DNA of 64,000 nt, from positions 15,314 through 79,313 of the forward strand of contig JAEESF010000009.1 of the NCBI GenBank assembly GCA_016286205.1, read 5' to 3'. Positions 39,785 to 46,554 of this stretch are shown here, piece by piece. Made by a program: the position numbers and the translations under genes. This DNA comes from Paludibacteraceae bacterium. GTDB lineage: Bacteria; Bacteroidota; Bacteroidia; Bacteroidales; Paludibacteraceae. The notes under the pieces were generated by a model that saw nothing but the letters and a program-made list of their open reading frames with translations, was not told where the DNA came from and did not search any database. Each line of letters starts with the position of its first letter. Position 1 is the first letter of the stretch.

Positions 39785-40085
39785 ATTTTTCACCCGCCCG
39801 ACCGGTTCTACGGTCGTCCCGATTCCCTTCTCGGGCTGTACAGGGCGGTGCCATTTCGTTATAACCTGTTATTACCGCTGGACGATCAATCCCAGAGGAT
39901 GACGAGCTAAAGTGGTTCCCCAAAGCGCCTAACCACTGGCGGCATAGCCTGACGTTATAACTCGCAAACGCAGCGCACCGGCATGTCTTAATAGGTGCAT
40001 GGCTTCTTAGTTTTCGGGGGCTCCGATTATTGCCGAAGGGACATCGGTTCTTTTTGTTTCGCGCAGAACCGGCTGCATCGCTTTT
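39785..40085 (-). ncRNA. Candidate structured RNA / cis-regulatory leader core (unclassified)
   Basis: GC-rich (roughly 55 percent by eye) block inside an AT-rich, ORF-poor 660-bp gap and downstream of a TACCTTTG -7 box. At least 7 hand-found helices (coordinates in the findings). The strand is inferred from the promoter, the downstream operon and one G-U pair. Confidence 0.4.
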
Positions 40086-40136
40086 GCTTATAGAGCAAAC
40101 AATTATGTAAGAACGAGACTTCTCTCAAATTTTGTA

Positions 40137-40170
40137 CAAAGGTACTACTTTTTTTTCATCTAAAAAAGTC
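40137..40170 (-). promoter_or_regulatory. Promoter driving the leader RNA and small-ORF operon (-7 TACCTTTG)
   Basis: The reverse complement reads gacttttttagatgaaaaaaaagtagTACCTTTGtacaaaatttgag. The -33 region is T-rich but has no clean TTTG. Confidence 0.5.
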
Positions 40171-40219
40171 CGTGTCGAAAATTCTGTAATTAAGTGTTTT
40201 ATTGCCGGTTTATTGTAAT

Positions 40220-40242
40220 CCCTGTACATTTTATGTACAGGG
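40220..40242 (-). terminator. Perfect 10-bp hairpin after ORF 40276..40863 (CCCTGTACAT-ttt-ATGTACAGGG)
   Basis: Read directly. There is no clear U-tract, which I believe is common for Bacteroidota terminators. Confidence 0.5.
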
Positions 40243-40275
40243 AAAACCTATAATACCATTAAACTGCAGTTGTGC

Positions 40276-40863
40276 TTATGCTACAACGTCCAACAATCGA
40301 TCAATACTCTCCTCGTCCGGAAAGAAACTCCAAAATAACCCAAAAATAGGACTGAACGCGATGTCGGCTTCTTCGAATAAACGACGCATATCAATTAATG
40401 GACCATCTCCATCATCTATAAAAGACCGCAAAGGAGTGTCTTTACGTCTCCTTTTATATTTCTGAATGGTCTCATAGTCTGACAAAACAAAGTAACTGGC
40501 AATCACATAGGCGACATACCAATCTTCGGCATTCGAATAATAATCATTGCCAATTTTTGCCATGTCGGCCTTAAAACGCGCAGATGTCATTAGAGCCAAT
40601 GCCTCATTTATCAATGCCTCTTCTAAATCGGCGTAGGACAGTCGCTCTGGACGAACTACTTCCCAGTACGCGCGTTTCAAACATGCTTTTAAAACCTTTT
40701 CCGTCTGGCGTTTCTCCTTATTAAATAGGTCCCAAAACGCTGCCAGCACCATCTCTACTGGACTTTTTTCATTACTCTTCTCTCCTACGGAGAAAGTCTT
40801 TGAGGAATCTAGTTCCTCGTTCTCTTGCCCTGTAACACAAGGCGTTACTAAATCATTCACCAT
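40276..40863 (-). CDS. Hypothetical protein (195 aa), no recognisable family
   Basis: Single long ORF in AT-rich DNA with an acidic N-terminus and a helical body (LKACLKRAYWEVVRPERLSYADLEEALINEALALM). It has its own promoter and hairpin. Confidence 0.55.
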   Translation of the reverse strand: MVNDLVTPCVTGQENEELDSSKTFSVGEKSNEKSPVEMVLAAFWDLFNKEKRQTEKVLKACLKRAYWEVVRPERLSYADLEEALINEALALMTSARFKADMAKIGNDYYSNAEDWYVAYVIASYFVLSDYETIQKYKRRRKDTPLRSFIDDGDGPLIDMRRLFEEADIAFSPIFGLFWSFFPDEESIDRLLDVVA

Positions 40864-40962
40864 ATATCAAATGAATTTTTGAATTTGCCGAAAATATCTC
40901 TATCGAACGGATCTCGAACCGATAAGCTAACCTTATCCACCCGCGTATCTTGAAATCTGATG

Positions 40963-40970
40963 CAAAATTA
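40963..40970 (-). promoter_or_regulatory. Putative -7 box (TAATTTTG) for ORF 40276..40863
   Basis: Reverse complement of caaaatta, about 100 nt upstream of the ATG. Confidence 0.35.
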
Positions 40971-41071
40971 CATAAAATCTCCGACCTAAAAAACCTTTTT
41001 ACGATTTTTATATAACATAGTTATATAAACCCAGTTTAATCCATCTTCACCTCATCTCTCATCCACAAAAA

Positions 41072-41103
41072 TACAAAAAAAGAGTCTAACAAAAGTTAGA
41101 CTC
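41072..41103 (-). terminator. Rho-independent terminator after the BACON lipoprotein gene
   Basis: On the minus strand, GAGUCUAAC-uuuu-GUUAGACUC followed by U7. Confidence 0.8.
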
Positions 41104-41126
41104 GTAATTTTCACTGTTGCAAATGT

Positions 41127-42068
41127 TTATTTATCACAGACTGGACGCACCAATAAACCATCATTCCGGAAATGAGAATGGACAACATATGGATCATATG
41201 ATTTCACTAAAGCGTAACTACAAGCTCGATCATTATAAACCTCATCTACTGTTGAACACCAATAGAGACAAGTTTGCTTAGAGTAACTAGAAGATCCGCC
41301 ATATGCGTATTGAACCCAAGGCATGTATATGGTATTACTATTAGGGCCTGTTATGCGATAGCCATCCCCTTCTCTTTCATTCGAACATTTCTTTGCAAAT
41401 TCTTCAAATTCTTCTTTCGTCGGCATTCTCCACTTTCCGCCCCATTTCACATGGGCAACATCATCGGATAAAACCAACACCCTTTTATTATCTATAACTC
41501 CATAACGGCTATTTGTAACATATTTTGTATATTGTTTTGTTGAAGAATCATAAAACGAATACTGTGCTTCCGTATAGGTCTCTGGTCTGGGACTCGTTTC
41601 TCCCCAAGCATAAAATGTTCCATTGTCCGTTTCAGAAGAAGCGCCGACATTCATGGTCGCCCAACGAACACTCAATCCTAAATCTACCCAAGCATGACCA
41701 TTTTCTACTCCCGAACTTACCACCAAACGTTTAATAGTTAGAATAGCAGACCCGCTTCCATTACTGAACATCACTTTTGCAGAATCCGTGGGACCTGCAG
41801 CTACTGTGACTGTTATAAAAGCGTCACCTTCTCCACTCTCTGGTGAGAATGTTACCCAAGAACAATTGGTCGTGGCAGTCCACGTTTTAGAGGAAGTTAG
41901 TGTTACTGAATAACTTCCCCCTGTTCCGTCATTTTTTATGGTATTTGGACTACATTTAATGGAGGAAGACGGAGATATTGGAGAATCTTCGTTGTTATTT
42001 GTTCTTTCGCACCCTGCTAACGCGAAACAAAGTACAGAGGCTAAAATGGTATTAATTATCGTTTTCAT
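41127..42068 (-). CDS. Lipoprotein with N-terminal BACON-like Ig domain and C-terminal DUF1566/FISUMP-like domain
   Basis: 313 aa with lipobox LCFALAGC. The BACON-like segment is GGSYSVTLTSSKTWTATTNCSWVTFSPESGEGDAFITVTV. The C-terminal part has GHAWVDLGLSVRWATMNVGA...GTFYAWGE...WRMPTKEEFEE. Family names are from memory. Confidence 0.65.
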   Translation of the reverse strand: MKTIINTILASVLCFALAGCERTNNNEDSPISPSSSIKCSPNTIKNDGTGGSYSVTLTSSKTWTATTNCSWVTFSPESGEGDAFITVTVAAGPTDSAKVMFSNGSGSAILTIKRLVVSSGVENGHAWVDLGLSVRWATMNVGASSETDNGTFYAWGETSPRPETYTEAQYSFYDSSTKQYTKYVTNSRYGVIDNKRVLVLSDDVAHVKWGGKWRMPTKEEFEEFAKKCSNEREGDGYRITGPNSNTIYMPWVQYAYGGSSSYSKQTCLYWCSTVDEVYNDRACSYALVKSYDPYVVHSHFRNDGLLVRPVCDK

Positions 42069-42094
42069 ATCATTGTATCTTTTACAATTTCACA

Positions 42095-42349
42095 TTAAAT
42101 ATATAATGGTTCAAGAAGCTCCATATCAGCGAACACTTCACTATAGCTTTGCTTTAATTCAGCAAGAGCCTCCTTTACTTTTCCTTGTTCTGTGACAAGT
42201 AGAGTAAATGGATGCTTTTTCCCATCGGTCGTTATGACTTTGCCATATACTACAACAGAGACATTTGTCGTGTTGTCAAAAATAAGTTCTAGATGCCCCT
42301 CGCATTCTAATGCATGTGCATACTCTTTAGTAATTGGAAGTTTTTTCAT
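42095..42349 (-). CDS. Small hypothetical protein (84 aa)
   Basis: First ORF of the operon with the BACON lipoprotein (26-nt spacer). No signal peptide and no recognisable family. Confidence 0.5.
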   Translation of the reverse strand: MKKLPITKEYAHALECEGHLELIFDNTTNVSVVVYGKVITTDGKKHPFTLLVTEQGKVKEALAELKQSYSEVFADMELLEPLYI

Positions 42350-42680
42350 TGTATATATAATATTTTACCCCTCTTACACCTTCAGGGATTGGTATAACAA
42401 AAAGCGCGGGTAACTGTTGTTATCCGTGCTAGTGGTCGTAGGAAACCATGTGGTCGGAGAAACAAGCAGTTACTCGCGTTGCGTATATATTAGTACACTT
42501 ACCTAGTGTAAGATACATCATAAATACACACGTGAGCATCTACTTCGTCTTGTTCCTGAACCACTTGAAAGTTCCTACGTTCCTAGCATCAGAAAACAAG
42601 CGTGTAAACGCTTTTAATCAATATGTCCTTCTGTTTACCGTCGGTAAGCGACGACATTGGTCTCAAAAACCTTTGCGGCG

Positions 42681-42714
42681 CAAAGGTACAACAAATTTTT
42701 TATATGTGCAAATA
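42681..42714 (-). promoter_or_regulatory. Promoter cassette pointing into the island (-33 TTTGCA, -7 TACCTTTG)
   Basis: The reverse complement reads TTTGcacatataaaaaatttgttgTACCTTTGcgcc. This implies a ~325-nt leader before ORF 42095..42349. Confidence 0.6.
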
Positions 42715-42746
42715 AATGTACGTTTTTTCATAAAATCAAGTCAAAA

Positions 42747-42778
42747 TTTGCGTATATCAGAAAAAAGTACTACTTTTG
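42747..42778 (+). promoter_or_regulatory. Promoter cassette for the PagL-like gene (-33 TTTGCG, -7 TACTTTTG)
   Basis: The sequence is TTTGcgtatatcagaaaaaagtacTACTTTTGca. Confidence 0.7.
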
Positions 42779-42800
42779 CACTCGCAAAAGTTCGAAACAA

Positions 42801-44189
42801 ATGCGGAAGATAGGAATAATCATATTACTGACGGTGGGTTCGCTCGCCTGTTGGGCGCAGGACCAATGGGCCAACAGCGAACTCTTTGCCACCAAACCAG
42901 AACAGCCCAAGATAGACTATCGTCTGTCGTTGCGGGCGGGTATGATTATGCCTGACGGCAAAGTGGACGACATGCTCGGTCAGAAAGGTGAATGGGTAGG
43001 TCCGACCATTGGCGGCGAATTTGCTATGACATTTCATCCCAAATGGTCTTCGCTGCGCGATTGGAACGGTGCCGCCGTAGGCGTGGCGCTGAGTTACTGG
43101 AAATTTGACTGCACGCGTTGGGGCGCGGAAGATATAACCGGTCACGCCATTGCGCCATACGCCTTTGTAGAAATACCTTTCTACACGCATCGCTACTTCG
43201 AGATTGGTGTTCGTCCGGGTATAGGCTGCTCGTTCATCACCAGGACCTACTACAACACCACGACAGAAGAAAACAGATACACCTCGCTACAGGTAGAGGG
43301 TGTCAACCGCTCGGTGGGTTCGGTATTCAATTTCTATTTCCCAGAGGCGCTATACCTGAATTTCCCGATTCGTGATGGCTGGTCGATCGGCATAGCAGGC
43401 GGTTGGTACCACATGAGTAACGGTAGTCTGCGTCAGCCGAACTCGGGATACAACATGTTCATGGGCGAACTGGCCGTGCATTATCAGCCGTACAAAGACG
43501 AGAAGCGAACTACGTTCGGTGAGAGTTACCTGATAGAAGAAAAAGAGGCGGAAGATCCGCGCGAGTATATCGTTGCTCCTCTGACGGACGACAAGAAAGA
43601 AAGTCTGAATGCAATGCAGAAAGCGCATTGCGAACTGGAACTGTCGCTGAGCGGAGGTGCCAGACAAGTGTATTACAAGGACCGTCAGTCGTTCTTCTGC
43701 TCGGAGATGCAACTGGCCGCCTACTGGCGTGCACACAAGATTTTCCGTTTGGGCGGAGGTGTTGATGTGTTCTATGACGGCGCATACACCGACCGCGAAA
43801 CCGCGTTTGGCAAGACCTATCTAGGCGGTGCTACGCAGACCGATTGTTGGCGCGTGGGACTGAGCGTACAACCGGAATTTGTGATAGGCAAATTTACTGC
43901 CGGTTTCCATTTTGGCATGTATGTGTTCGACCCTGTCAAGAACCGTGAAGCCAAGACAGGAACAGACGAATACAACAAGCTCTGGACCGAACACAAGACA
44001 CTAGATAAACCTTTGGTTTACGGCTACGATCTGCTGAACGCAGGTAGTGCGGGTTATCCGGACGGTTGGCTCTATACGCAGATAGTGCTGCGCTATCGTT
44101 TCCCGTACCATTTGTTTGCCCAACTGGCCATGAAAGCCCACCTGACGAAAGTGGAATTTGTTTCGGCAGGCGTGGGAGTGTATTTGTAA
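42801..44189 (+). CDS. Acyloxyacyl hydrolase (PagL-like lipid A deacylase) family outer-membrane protein with long C-terminal extension
   Basis: I chose the start at MRKIGIIILLTVGSLACWAQ. The motif GGWYHMSNGSLRQPNSGYNMF matches the H-x-S-N-G catalytic motif. The total of 462 aa is about twice a canonical PagL barrel. Confidence 0.6.
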   Translation: MRKIGIIILLTVGSLACWAQDQWANSELFATKPEQPKIDYRLSLRAGMIMPDGKVDDMLGQKGEWVGPTIGGEFAMTFHPKWSSLRDWNGAAVGVALSYWKFDCTRWGAEDITGHAIAPYAFVEIPFYTHRYFEIGVRPGIGCSFITRTYYNTTTEENRYTSLQVEGVNRSVGSVFNFYFPEALYLNFPIRDGWSIGIAGGWYHMSNGSLRQPNSGYNMFMGELAVHYQPYKDEKRTTFGESYLIEEKEAEDPREYIVAPLTDDKKESLNAMQKAHCELELSLSGGARQVYYKDRQSFFCSEMQLAAYWRAHKIFRLGGGVDVFYDGAYTDRETAFGKTYLGGATQTDCWRVGLSVQPEFVIGKFTAGFHFGMYVFDPVKNREAKTGTDEYNKLWTEHKTLDKPLVYGYDLLNAGSAGYPDGWLYTQIVLRYRFPYHLFAQLAMKAHLTKVEFVSAGVGVYL

Positions 44190-44202
44190 AGGGCGAGAGG
44201 CT

Positions 44203-44260
44203 AGAGGTTAAAGGTTTAGAGGTTTAGTGCGCCGATGGCGCGTTTAGAGCGGCAAGCCGC
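44203..44260. repeat. Short repeats (agaggtt(t)a units) plus two GC mini-hairpins, each followed by gtttag/gtttaa, between convergent genes
   Basis: agaggttaaaggtttagaggtttag, then gcgcc-gat-ggcgc gtttag, then gcggc-aa-gccgc gtttaa. This probably acts as a bidirectional terminator region. Confidence 0.6.
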
Positions 44261-44270
44261 GTTTAAGGAT

Positions 44271-45488
44271 TTAGACGGACAAGAGCTGATCTTCGATCAG
44301 ATATACTTCTTCCATCGGAACACCATGGTCCACCAATGGCCTACGGTCTGGACGGAAAAGCGCAAAGAATTCCTTCGCATTTTGACACATCTTACGTGCT
44401 TCGCGGTAACTCTCGAAGGCCATCATTCTGTCGCCACGGAGCAAGAGGCAATGGCCGTAATTGATAAAATCCTTGACGTTGTGAGTCTTATGGTTGCGGA
44501 TATGCTGCACCAGGATAGATTCAGCCAAATCGGTTTTGTCCCACATCAGGTCCATCGATCCATTCAGCAAATAGAGAATCTCCATCGTACGTTGGCGTTC
44601 GGGATTATCGTGTATCAGTTCGCTAAAAAGCCATGTATCAGGCAGTATCTGCACGATACCAGCCAGGTATTCTTTTTCGGACGTAGGTAGCCATTGCTCG
44701 ACACCCGTCATCTCCTTGTCAGCCCCCGTCAGTTCAATCAGGTGACGCACCTCTTCGGGCATATCGCGTAGCGTACATTCTCCCGACCGATACATCTCGA
44801 TCCAATCAGTATTAAGCGAATGAACAATGGCGCAGAGCGTCTCAAAAGCCTGTTCACCATCACCTATTGCATAGGTGAATGCCTCTTGTACCAAGGGGAA
44901 GAAATCGATTCGCACATCATAGTGAACGAGCAGAATCATGATATTAGCCAGGCATTGCTCGGCCACAATGGCATTAGTAGCCTTCATGCCCTCTATCAGC
45001 TGAATCATAGCTGCATCGGAGAAGCACTCACGCAGGTTTTTAGCTAGTCCGGCGACAGACAGAAGCGCCATAGACGCACGATCTGGGTCATTGAGTACCT
45101 CGGTCATCCATGCATAATCGGAAGCAGAGATACTGAGGCACGAAGAGAAATACTGCATGACCGACTGAGGATTATCGGGATTGAATCCATGCAGTGTAGG
45201 CGACAGTCCTCGCTGCAAGCGCAAGGCTGCATATACCTCGTCTGCCAAGCGATAGGCTTCGCCCGTCAGTTCATCCAACGGATCCTCGAAAACCTCGTCA
45301 TTAGAAGCCATCCAATCGGAGAACAATTGCTGATAGCGCGTGAAGAGCGAGATATAATCTGCCTCAAAGGCATTGTTCTCGCCCAACTCGTTCATCCATG
45401 TGCGAACAATAGCCAGGCCGTGCGTGATCATACGCTCGCCCAGTGCCCGTTCGATGGTGTTAACTTGTTCTTCGATTGTCTGCGCCAT
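44271..45488 (-). CDS. Hypothetical all-helical protein (405 aa), TPR-like C-terminus
   Basis: Long ORF translationally coupled to the upstream GT2 gene (the stop and start share 1 nt). No motif recognised. Confidence 0.7.
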   Translation of the reverse strand: MAQTIEEQVNTIERALGERMITHGLAIVRTWMNELGENNAFEADYISLFTRYQQLFSDWMASNDEVFEDPLDELTGEAYRLADEVYAALRLQRGLSPTLHGFNPDNPQSVMQYFSSCLSISASDYAWMTEVLNDPDRASMALLSVAGLAKNLRECFSDAAMIQLIEGMKATNAIVAEQCLANIMILLVHYDVRIDFFPLVQEAFTYAIGDGEQAFETLCAIVHSLNTDWIEMYRSGECTLRDMPEEVRHLIELTGADKEMTGVEQWLPTSEKEYLAGIVQILPDTWLFSELIHDNPERQRTMEILYLLNGSMDLMWDKTDLAESILVQHIRNHKTHNVKDFINYGHCLLLRGDRMMAFESYREARKMCQNAKEFFALFRPDRRPLVDHGVPMEEVYLIEDQLLSV

Positions 45489-46441
45489 CAGATCTCTTCT
45501 TTGATCAGATAATCGTTTCTGCTCGGACTATTGCGGATAATCAACTCGGCTAAGAAACCGGCCAAGAAAAGCATACAACCCAGGATCATCATCAATATAG
45601 CGATGTGGAAGTATGGGTTTACACCTACAAGCATAGCTTGTACATGGTTGGAAAGGGCATAAAGTTTCATGCTTCCAACCACGATGACAGCGACGAAACC
45701 GATGAGGAACATCAGGCTGCCGACCAGTCCGAAGAAATGCATCGGTTGCTTGCCAAACCGATTGAGGAACCAGAGCGTCAACAGGTCGAGATAACCATTG
45801 ACAAAGCGGTTGAGACCGAACTTGCTTACCCCATATTCGCGTTTACGATGTTGCACCACTTTCTCTCCGATTTTGGTGAAACCGGCATTCTTAGCCAGAT
45901 AAGGAATATAGCGATGCATTTCGCTGAAGACTTCGATATTTTTCACCACTTCACTACGATATGCCTTGAGTCCGCAGTTCATGTCATGGAGCTGAATGCC
46001 CGTGACGCGACGAGCGGTAGCGTTGAAGAGTTTGGACGGCAAGTTCTTAGTCAACTTGTTGTCATAACGCTTTTGTTTCCAGCCACTTACGAGGTCGAAT
46101 CCATCTTCTCGAATCATGCGATAGAGTTCCGGAATCTCGTCCGGCGAATCCTGCAGGTCAGCATCCATCGTGATGACTACATCGCCTTGCGCAGCACGGA
46201 AACCGCAATAGAGAGCGGCCGACTTGCCATAGTTGCGACGGAAACTGATTCCCTTCACGATTTTCTGACTCTGTTCCTTCAGTTGCTTGATCACTTCCCA
46301 CGAGTTGTCGGTTGAGCCATCATTGACAAAGATGACTTCGTAGGAGAATTTGTTCTCCTTCATGACGCGTGCAATCCACTCGTAGAGATGGGGCAACGAC
46401 TCCGCCTCATTATAGAGAGGCACTATAATCGAAATATCCAT
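45488..46441 (-). CDS. Family 2 glycosyltransferase, polyprenyl-phosphate (GtrB/ArnC-like) type with C-terminal TM helices
   Basis: 317 aa with IIVPLYNEAESL, FVNDGSTDNS, the DAD (MDADLQD) motif and two C-terminal hydrophobic helices. Confidence 0.85.
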   Translation of the reverse strand: MDISIIVPLYNEAESLPHLYEWIARVMKENKFSYEVIFVNDGSTDNSWEVIKQLKEQSQKIVKGISFRRNYGKSAALYCGFRAAQGDVVITMDADLQDSPDEIPELYRMIREDGFDLVSGWKQKRYDNKLTKNLPSKLFNATARRVTGIQLHDMNCGLKAYRSEVVKNIEVFSEMHRYIPYLAKNAGFTKIGEKVVQHRKREYGVSKFGLNRFVNGYLDLLTLWFLNRFGKQPMHFFGLVGSLMFLIGFVAVIVVGSMKLYALSNHVQAMLVGVNPYFHIAILMMILGCMLFLAGFLAELIIRNSPSRNDYLIKEEI

Positions 46442-46462
46442 AGTTCAAAACTTTTGCGGCTG

Positions 46463-46494
46463 CAAAAGTACTGCTTTTTTTTGACATATGCAAA
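46463..46494 (-). promoter_or_regulatory. Promoter cassette for the GT2 operon (-33 TTTGCA, -7 TACTTTTG)
   Basis: The reverse complement reads TTTGcatatgtcaaaaaaaagcagTACTTTTGcagcc. Confidence 0.7.
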
Positions 46495-46554
46495 TAAAAA
46501 CCAAAGATTTTTGATAGCATTTTTTAAGAAAAAGTATTACTTTTTTCTTAGAAA

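Noticed and set aside
39735-39923. 62-aa minus-strand ORF (MGNHFSSSSSGIDRP...) inside the GC-rich leader core
   Set aside because: It has no plausible protein features. It coincides exactly with the helix-dense segment, and its length is close to chance for GC-rich sequence. I treat the region as RNA.
39785-40085. Possibility that the structured region is RNase P RNA, tmRNA, SRP RNA or a cobalamin riboswitch
   Set aside because: I looked on both strands for four sets of signatures:
- GGAAAGUCCGG and ACAGAAnnCGGCUUA (RNase P).
- GGGGCUGA...GGUUCGAnUCC...CCACCA (tmRNA).
- The SRP GGAA/AGCA domain IV motifs.
- The B12 box and the GGUGnnAAnCC order.

Only scattered partial resemblances turned up (GCAGAACCGGCUG, CCAGCGGUAA, GCCGCCAGUGG), and in the wrong order or context. 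A covariance-model search is still needed.
40141-40175. AAAAAGUCCGUG on the plus strand as an RNase P CR-I-like motif
   Set aside because: It is an isolated partial match in AT-rich promoter DNA, with none of the other conserved RNase P regions nearby.
40220-40242. The perfect 10-bp palindrome, and the 12-bp inverted repeat at 42410/42461, as invertible-promoter (phase-variation) inverted repeats
   Set aside because: The arms are only 3 and about 38 bp apart, too close to enclose a promoter. There is no nearby recombinase gene. They are more simply read as RNA hairpins.
38862-42714. Calling the low-GC island a mobile element or prophage
   Set aside because: I found no integrase, transposase, relaxase or phage structural genes, and no flanking direct or inverted repeats. 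Only composition and gene content suggest foreign origin.
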